A DNA stretch of 64,000 bases from Phycisphaerales bacterium (GCA_965227775.1 OZ245777.1:3040001-3104000); one strand, 5' to 3'; counted from the stretch's first letter, positions 47,286-59,676 are shown. Made by a program: numbers and translations. Notes: generated by a model not told the origin, from the letters alone.

Positions 47286-48260
47286 TTAGCGCGGCCGCTG
47301 CTCCCAGCTCCAACGCAGTGACGCATCGAGCGGCTCCACGCGCATGTTTGCGCGCAAGCGCTCGAACAGCGTTGCCATAGCGCGCTGCTGCGCGTCGAGC
47401 TCCAACCGCTTGACGAGTTCGCCACGGACCGACTCGAGCGATCGCGCTTCGCCGCCGCGCTCACCGGTCACGTACGCCACCGCGAAGCCTTCATCGAGCG
47501 CCACCACCGGCGTGAGCGAGCCGGGCGTCGTCTCGAAAACGGCCTTTCGAAACGCGTCGGGGTACGTCACGTCAAAGCGCCCGACCGGATCAAGCAGTCC
47601 GCCGCGCGTCGATGAGACGTCGCTGCTGTGTTCTGCCGCCAGCATCATGAAGCGGGCCTCACCCGAGGCCCGCGACTGGGTCAGGGCCGCCGCGACCTCC
47701 GCCCGCATGCGCGCCACCTCACGCTCGCTCGGCATCACGAGCACACGCACGTCGCGACGCCCGCCGTAGAGCACTTCGTACAGGCGATCGACGTCTGCTT
47801 GCGTCGGCTCCCGTGCATTCGCCTGCGTCAGCTTGCGTGCCAGGGCGTTGCGTCGAAGCAGCGCGTCGAACCACGTTGGCCCCCATCCCCGTCGAGCTCG
47901 CGCTTCGGCCACGACGATGCCGCGCTGCTGGCGCTCGGTCAGGCCAACACCGATGAGCGCCTGCTCGACGATCTCCCGCTCGGCTCGGATGTCCTCAGCA
48001 TCAACAGTGATGCCCTGCTGCCGCGCCTCGCGCGCCACGGCTCGGTCGAGCGCGATGGCCTCGAGGCCGGCGGCCCCCGCGCGCTCGGCCAGCAACGGCC
48101 ACAGATCGTCTCTGGTGGTCAGCGTTCCGTCGATGAGCGCGGCCCGTGGAGAGGCCTTTGCGCGAGGCGAAGAACTGTCGAAATCTCGCTCTTGCACATC
48201 CGAGGCACAACCAAACCCGAACAAAACAGCGCCAAACACGGCAAGGTGGCCGGATTTCAT
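47286..48260 (-). CDS. PpiC/PrsA-like peptidyl-prolyl isomerase lipoprotein
   Basis: Lipobox GFGC; FMMLAAEHSSDVSSTRGGLL, FRKAVF, TPVVALDEGF. Confidence 0.75.
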   Translation of the reverse strand: MKSGHLAVFGAVLFGFGCASDVQERDFDSSSPRAKASPRAALIDGTLTTRDDLWPLLAERAGAAGLEAIALDRAVAREARQQGITVDAEDIRAEREIVEQALIGVGLTERQQRGIVVAEARARRGWGPTWFDALLRRNALARKLTQANAREPTQADVDRLYEVLYGGRRDVRVLVMPSEREVARMRAEVAAALTQSRASGEARFMMLAAEHSSDVSSTRGGLLDPVGRFDVTYPDAFRKAVFETTPGSLTPVVALDEGFAVAYVTGERGGEARSLESVRGELVKRLELDAQQRAMATLFERLRANMRVEPLDASLRWSWEQRPR

Positions 48261-48465
48261 GACGCTGGACGAAAAAAGGGAACCGCTGGGATGTAAAAAA
48301 GCGTGTGGCATTCCGGAATGATCGGGTAGACTGCCAAGACGTCAAGGGCCGACCCGAATATGCGTGATGGTTTTCGATCGCCATCCCTCGGGCCGTAGGG
48401 GGTTCTTGCTTCGAGGCCTCGTGGCCTCGCTCTTGCCCGGAGATCGACGGGCGGATCCAGGAAGG

Positions 48466-49518
48466 ATGGACGACATGCTGCCGATCTCAAGGCTGCACCG
48501 GCACGGGAACCGACCGGGCTTCACCCTCATCGAATTGCTCGTGGTGATCGCGATCATCGCGCTGCTCATTAGCGTCTTGCTGCCCGCCCTTGGCGAGGCG
48601 CGCAAGTCCGCGCGACTTGCGATCTGCATGGGCAACATGAAGCAGTTCGGATTTGCGACTGGCACCTATGCCGCGGACTACCAGGATCGCCAGTGGGCGT
48701 TCACCTGGAACGACGCCGACGATGCGCGTCAGTCTGACTATCCAGATCTCCGCAATCCGACGCGACCGATCGACGCGGCAGCGTACCAGGCCATGGACAT
48801 CCTCCGTCGGCGTGCCACCCGCACGCAGGGTGACATGACCGCCGTGACGAATTGGATTCCCTATGTCTACTACAGCCACCTCGTGGTGAATGACTACCTG
48901 GCCCAGAAGCTCCCCGAGAAGATGGTGGTGTCGCCGGCCGACCGCGACCGGTTGAACTGGCAGGAGGATCCGAAGAACCTCTTCGACCAGAACTACTGGT
49001 TCCCGCGTCAGCCGAGCGCCAGCTCTCGCAACAAGCGTTGGGCGTACAGCTCGAGCTACCAGCTCGTGCCCGCCGGATACGACCGTTCGCAGCGTGGCGA
49101 CCGGATCCAGCAAGGTGCGACGCACTACAACTACGCCATCCCGAACGATGTCAAGCTCGGCGACATGCGGCTGACCGACGTCGAGAGCCCGGCCCAAAAG
49201 GCACAGATGCACGACGCCGAGGGCCGGCACTTCGGCAAGAACCCGATCTGGACCGGCTATGACCAGTGCCGCCAGCCCGTGCTCGCGTGGGACGGCTCCT
49301 GCATCGTGCGCCTGAGCCAGGACTTCAACCTTGGCTGGCTGCCGAACTCCCCAACAGTGGACTCGTTCACCCGTATCAGTTACCAGCCCCGTGGCTGGGA
49401 AGCACCGACCTTCACCGGCGGCCCGTCCGACATCACGCCGGGCAAGCTCCGCTGGACCCGCGGCGGCATCAAGGGCGTTGATTTCGGTGGCACCGAGATC
49501 GACACCGGCCAGCTCTAA
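48466..49518 (+). CDS. Prepilin-type N-methylation domain protein (DUF1559-like), paralog 1 (start 48466 or 48475)
   Basis: [29 protein letters not shown], then CMGNMKQFG. Confidence 0.9.
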   Translation: MDDMLPISRLHRHGNRPGFTLIELLVVIAIIALLISVLLPALGEARKSARLAICMGNMKQFGFATGTYAADYQDRQWAFTWNDADDARQSDYPDLRNPTRPIDAAAYQAMDILRRRATRTQGDMTAVTNWIPYVYYSHLVVNDYLAQKLPEKMVVSPADRDRLNWQEDPKNLFDQNYWFPRQPSASSRNKRWAYSSSYQLVPAGYDRSQRGDRIQQGATHYNYAIPNDVKLGDMRLTDVESPAQKAQMHDAEGRHFGKNPIWTGYDQCRQPVLAWDGSCIVRLSQDFNLGWLPNSPTVDSFTRISYQPRGWEAPTFTGGPSDITPGKLRWTRGGIKGVDFGGTEIDTGQL

Positions 49519-49563
49519 CAACGGAGAGCAGCGGCCTGCCGCTCAAAACTAGTGAGATTCAAC

Positions 49564-49592
49564 ACAAAGCCCGCACTGTGTGCGGGTTTTGT
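49564..49592 (+). terminator. Intrinsic terminator after pilin-like paralog 1
   Basis: ACAAAGCCCGCAC-TGT-GTGCGGGTTTTGT. Confidence 0.75.
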
Positions 49593-49739
49593 TCAAATTT
49601 GATGCAAATTTGTCTAGACATGGCCCGGACTTTCTGGTAGGCTATCTGCGTCGGGTTTCACACCGATGCGGCGCTTCGGGGCGTTTTTCGTAAGCCTCCG
49701 ACGATGCGCCGCCCAAGGCACTTTTTGGGGAGTGTGCAC

Positions 49740-50801
49740 ATGTTGCAGAGTGCATCGCAAGACGCCAGGCGTCGATCGAAGCGTTCCGATCGCCACGGCT
49801 TTACGCTCATCGAGCTCCTGGTGGTCATCGCCATCATCGCCCTGCTGATCAGCGTGCTGCTGCCGGCTCTCGGCGAGGCACGCAAGACGGCCCGCCTCGC
49901 GATCGACCTGGGCAACCTCAAGCAGTTCGGTTTCGCGCTGGGCACGTACTCGGCGGACTACCAGGACCGCATCTACGCCTTCACCTGGAACGACCAGGAT
50001 GACATCCGCCGCGGCCGCCAGAGCGACGAGGGCGGCGCACTCACCGGCGGCACTGCTATCCAAGCTTCCGCTGCGCAAGCGACCGACATCATCCGCTTCC
50101 GCGCGAACCGACCCGATTTCAACCAGCCGGGAAGTTGGATCCCCAACGTGCTGTACACGCACCTGGTTGTGAACGACTACCTGGCCCAGAAGCTGCCCGA
50201 GAAGATGGTCGTGTCCCCCATGGACCGCTACCGCCTCCAGTGGCAGGAAGATCCCAAGAACCTGTTCGACCAGAACTACTGGTTCCCCTTCCAGGAGGCA
50301 GCCAGCAATCCGAATATTCGCTGGCCGTACAGTTCCAGCTACCAGGTCGTGCCCGCGTCCTACGACGCGTCGCAGGACGGCAGCCGGATCTACCAGAACC
50401 CCAGCAGCCACAGGTCTTACTTCATCCCCGGTGGCGCAAAGATCGGTGAGCTGAAGATCACGGCCGTCGATTCGCCGGCCCAGAAGGTCTTCATGCACGA
50501 CAGCAACGACCGCTACAGCAAGCTGGAGCTGTTCTACGCGTTCCCCGATGCGAAGACCACGATCCTGATGTTCGACCTCTCGGCCAGCGTCCGCGTGACC
50601 GATGATGCGAACGTCGGCTGGGATCCGCGTGTGCCCACGCAGGACCGCTCGATGCGGTTCCAGTTCGATGCCACCTCGTCCGCTTGGGAGCCCCAGGCCC
50701 GCAGCCCGTCCGCGGTCGACGGCTACTACCGCTGGACGCGCGGTGGCCTGAAGGGTGTCGACTACGGCGGCACCGAGATCGACACCGGCCAGCTTCGCTA
50801 G
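49740..50801 (+). CDS. Prepilin-type N-methylation domain protein, paralog 2
   Basis: GGGGAG Shine-Dalgarno; basic leader, [10 protein letters not shown]; ends [11 protein letters not shown]. Confidence 0.92.
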   Translation: MLQSASQDARRRSKRSDRHGFTLIELLVVIAIIALLISVLLPALGEARKTARLAIDLGNLKQFGFALGTYSADYQDRIYAFTWNDQDDIRRGRQSDEGGALTGGTAIQASAAQATDIIRFRANRPDFNQPGSWIPNVLYTHLVVNDYLAQKLPEKMVVSPMDRYRLQWQEDPKNLFDQNYWFPFQEAASNPNIRWPYSSSYQVVPASYDASQDGSRIYQNPSSHRSYFIPGGAKIGELKITAVDSPAQKVFMHDSNDRYSKLELFYAFPDAKTTILMFDLSASVRVTDDANVGWDPRVPTQDRSMRFQFDATSSAWEPQARSPSAVDGYYRWTRGGLKGVDYGGTEIDTGQLR

Positions 50802-50864
50802 ATCTCGGAATCCACGCGTTCCGATCGTTCGGATCGCATGGCGGGAAACCGACACCAAACAACC

Positions 50865-50901
50865 ACGCCCCGCGATTTTCTCTGGAATCGCGGGGCGTTT
50901 T
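50865..50901 (+). terminator. Intrinsic terminator after paralog 2
   Basis: ACGCCCCGCGATT...AATCGCGGGGCGT followed by TTT. Confidence 0.75.
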
Positions 50902-51009
50902 CGGTTAGGCTATGTCAAGATCGTGTAAACCCCCGCCACGCGTTCGGCATTCTCCCGGATTCGGCGAGGGTTTTGTCTGGGAATGTCCTAGGACATAAAG
51001 GGGACCAAC

Positions 51010-52056
51010 ATGAAGACCGCCACCGCCGCTGCCACGGCTCGATTGCGTCAAGGGACGCGGGGCTTCACGCTCATCGAGTTGCTCGTAGTCATCGCCATCA
51101 TCGCGCTGCTCATCAGCGTGCTGCTGCCGGCACTGGGTGAGGCGCGCAAGACCGCGCGTCTGGCGATCGACCTGGGCAACCTCAAGCAGTTTGGCTTTGC
51201 GCTGGGAACCTACTCGGCCGACTACGAAGACCGTGTCTACGCCTTCACCTGGAACGACACTGACGACATCCGTCGCAACCAGCAATCCGAGGGTGGAGGC
51301 CCGCTCAGCGGGGGCTCGCCCATCGCCGCCACTGCGGCCCAAGCAACCGACATCATTCGCTATCGGGCCAACCGCCCCGACTTCAACCAGCCCGGCGGCT
51401 GGATCCCCAACGTGCTGTACACGCACCTGGTTGTAAACGACTACCTGGCCCAGAAGCTGCCCGAGAAGATGGTCGTGTCCCCCATGGACCGCTACCGCCT
51501 CCAGTGGCAGGAAGATCCCAAGAACCTGTTCGATCAGAACTACTGGTTCCCCTTCCAGGAGCCGGCTTCAAGCACGAACAAGCGCTGGCCGTACAGCTCG
51601 AGCTACCAGGTCGTCCCGGCGTCGTACGACGCGTCGCAGGTCGGCAGCCGAATCTCACAATCGACCCATCGATCGTACTTTGTGCCCGGGTCGGTGAAGC
51701 TGGGTGACCTTCGCATCACCGCGGTCGACTCGCCCGCCCAAAAGGTCTTCATGCACGACAACGTCGATCGCTACTCCAAGACCCAACTGTACCACGCCTT
51801 CCCGGATGCGAAGTGCCCGATCCTCATGTTCGATCTCTCGGCCAGCGTCCGAGTGACCGACGACTGCAACGAGGGTTGGATGCCGAATTCGCCGCTGTCC
51901 GACCGTCCCACGACGTACCGGTTTGTCGGCGGCTCGGCGTGGGAGCCCCAGGCACGGGCTGACTCGTTCGTGACCGGTTACTACCGCTGGACCCGCGGCG
52001 GCCTGAAGGGCGTCGACTACGGCGGCACCGAGATCGACACCGGCCAGCTGCGCTGA
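51010..52056 (+). CDS. Prepilin-type N-methylation domain protein, paralog 3
   Basis: [10 protein letters not shown]; full-length paralog of its neighbours. Confidence 0.92.
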   Translation: MKTATAAATARLRQGTRGFTLIELLVVIAIIALLISVLLPALGEARKTARLAIDLGNLKQFGFALGTYSADYEDRVYAFTWNDTDDIRRNQQSEGGGPLSGGSPIAATAAQATDIIRYRANRPDFNQPGGWIPNVLYTHLVVNDYLAQKLPEKMVVSPMDRYRLQWQEDPKNLFDQNYWFPFQEPASSTNKRWPYSSSYQVVPASYDASQVGSRISQSTHRSYFVPGSVKLGDLRITAVDSPAQKVFMHDNVDRYSKTQLYHAFPDAKCPILMFDLSASVRVTDDCNEGWMPNSPLSDRPTTYRFVGGSAWEPQARADSFVTGYYRWTRGGLKGVDYGGTEIDTGQLR

Positions 52057-52085
52057 CCGATTGAGCATCCATCAGTCGTGAACAT

Positions 52086-52120
52086 GGCCGGCCGGGGTGG
52101 GAACACTCCGGCCGGCTTTT
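52086..52120 (+). terminator. Intrinsic terminator after paralog 3
   Basis: GCCGGCCGGGGTG...CACTCCGGCCGGC followed by TTTT. Confidence 0.75.
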
Positions 52121-52344
52121 GTGTTAAGGAGTGATGTGCGGAATTCTGCGCGTCGGCCCTGATCCCCGGGATCCGGAGCCCATCGGGACGCGTAGAGGTC
52201 CGTCCGGAAGTCTGCAGAGGCCCGAATAAGTGGATACCGCAAGCTTCCGTTCGGTACATGGCCGAAATGCGAACCGATCCGAGTCCCACTCGGCACGCTA
52301 TCCAAGGAGCCCCCTCGTGGGAGGCAGTGGAGGACATTGCAAAC

Positions 52345-53403
52345 ATGATCAAGCTCGCTGACCGCATCCGCCGCACTCGCGGCACCACCGGGACCCGATC
52401 GGGCTTCACGCTCATCGAGCTCCTGGTGGTCATCGCCATCATCGCCCTGCTAATCAGCGTGCTGCTGCCGGCTCTCGGCGAGGCACGCAAGACCGCCCGC
52501 TTGGCGATCGACCTGGGCAACCTCAAGCAGTTCGGCTTTGCCCTGGGCACCTATTCCGCGGACTACCAAGACCGCATCTACGCCTTCACCTGGAACGATG
52601 AGGATGACATCCGCCGCGGCCGCCAGAGCGATGAGGGCGGAGCCCTGACTGGCACCGGCATCGCCGCTTCCGCCGCTCAGGCAACGGACATCATCCGCTT
52701 TCGCGCCAATCGTCCCGAGTTCAACCAGCCGACCAACTGGATTCCCAACGTGCTGTATACGCACCTGGTTGTGAACGACTACCTGGCCCAGAAGCTGCCC
52801 GAGAAGATGGTCGTGTCCCCCATGGACCGCTACCGCCTCCAGTGGCAGGAAGATCCCAAGAACCTGTTCGACCAGAACTACTGGTTCCCCTTCCAGGAAG
52901 CAGCGACCAACTCCAACATTCGTTGGCCGTACAGCTCGAGCTACCAGGTGGTCCCCGCGTCGTACGACGCGTCGCAGGCGGGCAGCCGGATCACCCAGAA
53001 TCCCAGCAGCCACCGCTCGTACCAGATCCCCGGTGGCGCGAAGATTGGCGAACTGAAGATCACGGCCGTCGATTCGCCGGCCCAGAAGGTCTTCATGCAC
53101 GACAGCAACGACCGCTACAGCAAGCAGGAGCTCTTCTACGCGTTCCCCGACGCCAAGACGACCATGATCATGTTCGATCTCTCGGCGAGCGTCCGCGTGA
53201 CCGATGACGCGAACGTCGGCTGGCAGCCCAACAACCCGACGCAGGATCGGGCCACCCGCTTCCAGTTCGACCCGTCCGGTTCGGCTTGGGAGCCCCAGGC
53301 GCGCGGCCCCGCTGCCGTCGATGGCTACTACCGCTGGACCCGCGGTGGGCTGAAGGGCGTCGACTACGGCGGCACCGAGATCGACACCGGCCAGCTCGAC
53401 TGA
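52345..53403 (+). CDS. Prepilin-type N-methylation domain protein, paralog 4
   Basis: GGAGG Shine-Dalgarno; [10 protein letters not shown]; most similar to paralog 2. Confidence 0.92.
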   Translation: MIKLADRIRRTRGTTGTRSGFTLIELLVVIAIIALLISVLLPALGEARKTARLAIDLGNLKQFGFALGTYSADYQDRIYAFTWNDEDDIRRGRQSDEGGALTGTGIAASAAQATDIIRFRANRPEFNQPTNWIPNVLYTHLVVNDYLAQKLPEKMVVSPMDRYRLQWQEDPKNLFDQNYWFPFQEAATNSNIRWPYSSSYQVVPASYDASQAGSRITQNPSSHRSYQIPGGAKIGELKITAVDSPAQKVFMHDSNDRYSKQELFYAFPDAKTTMIMFDLSASVRVTDDANVGWQPNNPTQDRATRFQFDPSGSAWEPQARGPAAVDGYYRWTRGGLKGVDYGGTEIDTGQLD

Positions 53404-53434
53404 TCGAAGCTTGATTCCTCGAACAACGCTTCTG

Positions 53435-53460
53435 CGGCCCGCCTCCCGGCGGGCCGTTTT
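53435..53460 (+). terminator. Intrinsic terminator after paralog 4
   Basis: CGGCCCGCC-TCCC-GGCGGGCCG followed by TTTT. Confidence 0.75.
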
Positions 53461-53543
53461 CGTTGGTGGTGCGCTACCATTGTGGAGACACCCAACACGG
53501 GGCCCACGCAGGGTCTGAGGAAGCGTTTGAGGAGGCTTGCCCG

Positions 53544-54524
53544 GTGCAAATCCTGATTGCCGACAAGTTCGAAGATTCCGGCGTGCAGGCCCTTTCGGCC
53601 GCGGGCCACGAGGTGATCGTCGAGCCCGGGCTCGGTCCCGACTCGCTACCCGAGGCGTTGTCCCAACACCGGCCCGAGGTCCTGATCGTCCGCTCCACGA
53701 AGGTCCCCGCGGGCGTCATCGAAGGTCAGGAGTCGCTCAAGGGCATTATCCGCGCCGGGGCTGGTCACGACAACATCGACTCGGCGGCCGCCAGCGCGAA
53801 GGGCGTTGCGGTGTGCAACTGCCCGGGCATGAACGCCGTTGCCGTCGCGGAACTCGCGATGGGCCACATCATCAACTGCGATCGCCGCCTGCCCGCCCAG
53901 GACGCCGAGCTTCGCACCGGGCACTGGAACAAGAAGGAATTCGCCAAGGCGCGCGGACTCAAGGGGCTCACACTCCTGCTCGTCGGCATGGGCGCCATCG
54001 GTCGCGAGGTCGCGACTCGCGCCAACGCTTTCGGCATGGACGTCGTCGGCTGGTCTCGCAGCCTCACGCCACAGTCTGCCGAGCAGATGGGTGTGCGTTT
54101 CGGCGGCAGCACACAGGACGACCTGAAGCGGCTTCTGGCCGACGCCGACGTGGTCAGCATGCACGTCGCTGCTACGGCCGAGACCAAGGGCATGTGCGAT
54201 GCCGACTTCTTTGGCGCGATGAAGGAAGGCGCCTACTTCATCAACACGGCTCGCGGAACGCTGGTCGATGAAACCGCGCTGCTCGATGCAATAAAGGCTA
54301 AGGGCCTGCGTGTCGGGACCGACGTGTACCAGAACCAGCCCGGTACGCCCGACGAAGCGTTCAAGACTCCCATGGCCTCCGACGGCGTCTGCTGCTCGCA
54401 CCACTGCGGCGCTTCGACCGATCAGGCGCAGCAGGCCGTGGCGGACGAGACCGTCCGGATAGTCGCCGAGTATGCGAAGACTGGGTCGTTCATCAACGTA
54501 GTCAACCAGCTGCAGCCCGCCTGA
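53544..54524 (+). CDS. serA: D-3-phosphoglycerate dehydrogenase-like 2-hydroxyacid dehydrogenase (no ACT domain)
   Basis: GGAGG plus GTG start; IRAGAGHDNID, NAVAVAEL, GMGAIG, INTARG, HCGAST; directly upstream of serC. Confidence 0.8.
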   Translation: MQILIADKFEDSGVQALSAAGHEVIVEPGLGPDSLPEALSQHRPEVLIVRSTKVPAGVIEGQESLKGIIRAGAGHDNIDSAAASAKGVAVCNCPGMNAVAVAELAMGHIINCDRRLPAQDAELRTGHWNKKEFAKARGLKGLTLLLVGMGAIGREVATRANAFGMDVVGWSRSLTPQSAEQMGVRFGGSTQDDLKRLLADADVVSMHVAATAETKGMCDADFFGAMKEGAYFINTARGTLVDETALLDAIKAKGLRVGTDVYQNQPGTPDEAFKTPMASDGVCCSHHCGASTDQAQQAVADETVRIVAEYAKTGSFINVVNQLQPA

Positions 54525-54584
54525 CGGCGGCAACCCGCACGCCTTTCACGCTCCAACGAATCCTTGCGACAGGAGAACAACACG

Positions 54585-55702
<1,118 letters not shown>

Positions 55703-55706
<4 letters not shown>

Positions 55707-56770
55707 CCAGACCGGCCGAGCCGGGCGAGCGCTGCCTCGATAACTTCGTCAGCCGCGATCGCGTGCATCATGCTCGCGTTCGCGGCGTTTTTGTGCGCAC
55801 TGGGGTGACTTGGCGCCTCGTGCTGGATGACGTCGCTCGAGCGCTCGTAGGGACCGACCAGGCCCGTGAGCGTGGGGCCAAACAACGCCACCAGCGGCCG
55901 GGCAAAGCCCACAGCCATATGCAGCACGGCCGAATCGTTCGCGACGACGAGGCTCGCGCGCTGCACGATTGCCATGAGCTCAGCGATGCCTGTTCGCGCG
56001 ACGAGGTCGATCACGCGTGGATGGTCGTAGCTGAGCGCACACGTTCGCTCGCACTGGGCACGCTCGCCCGGCCCGCCGACGACAGCGATGCTCGCCTTGG
56101 TTCGCTCCAGCACCGCGAGCGCAAGCTGCGCGAATCGCTCATCGGGCCATTGCTTGGCGGGCCAACGGCTCGTCGGAGCGAGAACGACCAATGGTCCGCT
56201 TGCTGCGTCACCCAGGAGGACTTCGGCTGCTCGCTGCGCTTCGGGAGCCGAGTACAGCCGCATGTCCGGCGCGGCGATGGGCTCCGAGGCGCCATAGTTA
56301 TCGATCGCAGCCTGTGCCAGGCCGAGCATGCGGTCGACGGCGTGCGTGCTGCCCGCGCTCTCGACACGACGCGTATAGGCGAGGTGGGCTAACTCTCGGG
56401 CATCAGCCGCCCCCACGCGCACCGGGGCGGCGGTCGCGAGGGTCATCAGGCCGCTGCGCATCAGCCCCTGACAATCGATGACCAGGTCGTATCGCCGTCG
56501 GCGGAGACCGTTGCCCCACCGCACGGCGGCAACAAACTTGTCGGGCCTGGCCAAGGGAGAGAGGTCCCGCCGCGGGAAAGCAACAACCTCGCTTAGCGCT
56601 GGATGGGCCTCGATAGCCGGAGCGAACGCGTCCTGCACGAGCCAATCGATCACCGCGTTCGGCCATCGGGCTCGCAAGGCGGCAAGCACCGGCACGCTCC
56701 GGCAGACGTCGCCCAACGCACTGGGGCGGATGATCAGGATGCGCTCGGGCTCGCTGTTCGGGGGCCGCAC
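55703..56770 (-). CDS. Glycosyltransferase family 9 (LPS heptosyltransferase-like)
   Basis: RILIIRPSALGDV, YDLVIDCQGL.RS, AKQWP, ANDSAVLHMA, LFGPT. Confidence 0.9.
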
Positions 56771-56817
56771 GGCCCAGTGTATCGGCGATGGGCGGTGCGA
56801 GGGCACTATGCTGGCCT

Positions 56818-57975
56818 ATGAAGCGATTCGTGATGCTGACGTTGCTCCCGATTCTGGCTCTGCTGGCGACCTTGGCGACCGGGCAGGACGCCCCGACCAC
56901 GGAACCAATGAAGCAGCAGCCTCTCGCTCCGGCCACACTGGCCGGGCTGATCGTGCACGGCGAGACCGACGCAGCGAGTGCCGAGCCTGAACGCTTCCTC
57001 GAGGCGCTCGCAGGGCTTGATTCCTTCGTGTCGCTCAACGACGCACAGAGTGTCGCCTCCCTTGTTCGCATCATGACTGAGGCGGCCTCGGCCCCCGGCA
57101 CAACGGTCGTTCTCACGGATTTGGAGGGTGGGGCGCCAGCGGTATCCGTCACCACGCCCGGTGTGCTCGATGACGAATCTGGGCGCGAGGCCAGTGTTCA
57201 TTGGTGGGTTACTGGCGAACGCACGCTGTTCGTGTATCAACGTGGCGAAGATGCGGTCGACCTCACCAGCGCTGGATTGGGTCCCGACTCGCTGCGACTC
57301 AGCTTCGCCGACCACCGCCCCACCGCCACCAACGGCGTTGAGGTGATGCTTGACCTCGAGAGTCTCCGCCGCGCCTGGCCGCAGTCGCTCGCCGACGGTC
57401 CCGCCCGGCGCGTGGTCGCCGTGACCGGCCTTGCCAACGCCCGCAAGGTCCACGTGCACATACCCGAGAGCGGATCCACCCGTCTCGCGTACTCAAGCCG
57501 TGCACTGGTTCCCGAGGATGTGAACTCGCGAAGCGGTCCCCAGCCCGCCGCCGGGTCGGCGATTGGCGTTCGCTGGCCCGCAGTCTTCGACGCGGGCCTT
57601 CGTACCTATGCCGTGGCGCTCGGCGACGAGCAACGCCAGGCGTTCGGCCAGCAGTTCCAGCAGTGGATGGGCCAGCACGGCAACCGACTTCGTGGCATGG
57701 TACAGGCTGTCGAGATCGGCATGGATTGGAGCGTCGAACGCTCGGAGGACGGACTGCGCACCGAGGTCGTCGTGCCGATTCGTGAGGGCATCGAGATGCC
57801 AAGGCTGGCCGAGGCCATGCGCGCAACGCTCTTGGGCTCGGGCTTCGAGGCCACCGACACCGGAGGGAAGCTAACGCTCCCAGAGCACGTTGCGGCTGCC
57901 ATGGGCGGCCAGACGCTGAGCATCACCGTTGACATCGAGCGTGAGCCCGCGGTCCTCAAGATCGTGATCGAGTAG
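56818..57975 (+). CDS. Exported hypothetical protein
   Basis: MKRFVMLTLLPILALLATLATG signal peptide; no family recognised. Confidence 0.75.
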   Translation: MKRFVMLTLLPILALLATLATGQDAPTTEPMKQQPLAPATLAGLIVHGETDAASAEPERFLEALAGLDSFVSLNDAQSVASLVRIMTEAASAPGTTVVLTDLEGGAPAVSVTTPGVLDDESGREASVHWWVTGERTLFVYQRGEDAVDLTSAGLGPDSLRLSFADHRPTATNGVEVMLDLESLRRAWPQSLADGPARRVVAVTGLANARKVHVHIPESGSTRLAYSSRALVPEDVNSRSGPQPAAGSAIGVRWPAVFDAGLRTYAVALGDEQRQAFGQQFQQWMGQHGNRLRGMVQAVEIGMDWSVERSEDGLRTEVVVPIREGIEMPRLAEAMRATLLGSGFEATDTGGKLTLPEHVAAAMGGQTLSITVDIEREPAVLKIVIE

Positions 57976-57981
57976 AAACGC

Positions 57982-59676
57982 TCAGACCGTCAGCACACGC
58001 AGCACTTCGGAGATCGTCGTCTTGCCCGCGCGGGCCTTGGCGAACCCATCCTGGCTCATTCTGGCCAGCACGCCGTCTTCGAGCGCGTGGGCCGCAATGT
58101 CGCCAGCGCTGCGGCCGTGCATGATGTCGTCGCGCAGACGGTCGCTGCTGCGGAGCAACTCGTAGATGCCGATGCGTCCGCGGTAGCCGCTATGCCTGCA
58201 GTCGCGGCAGCCGTCGCCACGCGTCAGCAGACCATCGTCGTTCGGCTCGAAGCCCGGCGGCAACTCGGTGTCATCGGGCGTGTACGTCGCGGCGCAATTC
58301 GGGCATACACGCCGCACCAGCCGCTGGGCTAGCACGCCCTCGATGCTCGAACTCACCAGGAAGGGCTCGACGCCCATGTCCAGCAGTCGCGTCATGGCAC
58401 CGGGTGCGTCGTTCGTGTGCAGCGTGCTGAACACGAGGTGGCCGGTGAGCGACGCCTGGATGGCCGTCTCGGCGGTTTCCTTGTCGCGGATCTCGCCGAT
58501 CATGACCACATCCGGGTCGTGACGCAAGATGCTCCGCAGCCCGGCCGCGAAGGTCAGCCCGACCTGCGTGTTGACCTGGATCTGGTTGACCCCGCCCACG
58601 TGGTACTCGACGGGGTCCTCGACCGTGATGGCCTTGATCTCGTCGCTCACGATGCGGTTGAGCGAGGCATACAGCGTCGTCGACTTACCCGATCCGGTCG
58701 GACCAGTGACGAGCAGGATGCCGTAGGGACGCTCGATGAGCGTGTTCCACTCGTCCTGGATCCAGCCCGGCATGCCCAGATCGCCGAGCTCCATGAGCAC
58801 AGCCGACTTGTTCAGGATGCGGAGCACGACGCCCTCGCCGAACAGCATCGGGATGACACTCACGCGCAGATCGAACTCCTGCAGTGCCATTCGGCCGTTG
58901 TCGTCGGGAAGGCGCTGCTTGAGCGTGATGCGCCCGTCTTGCGGCTTGCGCTTCTCGGCGATGTTCATGTTGGACATGATCTTCAGGCGGCTAATGATGG
59001 CCGCCGAGAAGCGATTGATCGTCTCGGGCACGTTGGCCCGCTGCAACACGCCGTCGATCCGATACCGGACGATGAGCCGGTGCTCGTAGGGCTCGATGTG
59101 CACGTCGGTCGCGCGCTCGCGTACGGCTTCGAGCAGGATGTCGTTCACCAGCTTGATGACGCTGGCTTCCTGCGCCTGCTCGATCTCGTCTTCGTCGCCG
59201 CTCTTAACCTCGACCTGCGCACCGGCTTCGGCCGAGAGCGCATCGAGCGTGTCGGAGCCAACGCCGTAGTTTGCGCGGATGAACCGCTGGAGGCCATCGT
59301 CGTCGGCCAGCACCACCTCGATGCTGTGGCCGGTCAGCAAACGCAGTTCGTCGAGCACGCCGAGTTCGAACGGATCGCTCGTTGCAACGGTCAGCGTGCC
59401 ATTCTCTCGACGGATCGGCACGCACCGCTGCTTGTGCACGAGGCTGGCAGGCAGGGCCTGCAACACCTTTGACTCGACGACCAGCGAATCAAGGTCGACC
59501 ACGTCCAGGTGAAACTGATCGCCAATGGTCTGCAGCACCTGATCGGGGTCGACCAGCCCCATCCGGACCAAAACCCGATCAAGACGCTCGCCCGAGGAAC
59601 GCTGCTGGGCCAGCGCATGGTCCAACTGCTCCTGCGTGATCACGCCGCGATCGAGAAGTACGGTGCCAATTCCCAT
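57982..59676 (-). CDS. GspE/PilB family type II secretion / type IV pilus assembly ATPase
   Basis: N-terminal IGTVLLDRGVITQEQL and RLDRVLVRMGLV (MshEN-like); TDVHIEP, GPTGSGKSTTLY, TVEDPVEY, LRHDPDVVMIGEIRD, GHLVFSTLHTND, CPNC/CRDC. Confidence 0.93.
   Translation of the reverse strand: MGIGTVLLDRGVITQEQLDHALAQQRSSGERLDRVLVRMGLVDPDQVLQTIGDQFHLDVVDLDSLVVESKVLQALPASLVHKQRCVPIRRENGTLTVATSDPFELGVLDELRLLTGHSIEVVLADDDGLQRFIRANYGVGSDTLDALSAEAGAQVEVKSGDEDEIEQAQEASVIKLVNDILLEAVRERATDVHIEPYEHRLIVRYRIDGVLQRANVPETINRFSAAIISRLKIMSNMNIAEKRKPQDGRITLKQRLPDDNGRMALQEFDLRVSVIPMLFGEGVVLRILNKSAVLMELGDLGMPGWIQDEWNTLIERPYGILLVTGPTGSGKSTTLYASLNRIVSDEIKAITVEDPVEYHVGGVNQIQVNTQVGLTFAAGLRSILRHDPDVVMIGEIRDKETAETAIQASLTGHLVFSTLHTNDAPGAMTRLLDMGVEPFLVSSSIEGVLAQRLVRRVCPNCAATYTPDDTELPPGFEPNDDGLLTRGDGCRDCRHSGYRGRIGIYELLRSSDRLRDDIMHGRSAGDIAAHALEDGVLARMSQDGFAKARAGKTTISEVLRVLTV

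Noticed and set aside
48466..53403. Diversity-generating retroelement, CRISPR array or shufflon as the cause of the repeats
   Set aside because: No reverse transcriptase, cas gene or invertase nearby; the differences are not adenine-specific; the repeats are intact same-strand coding paralogs
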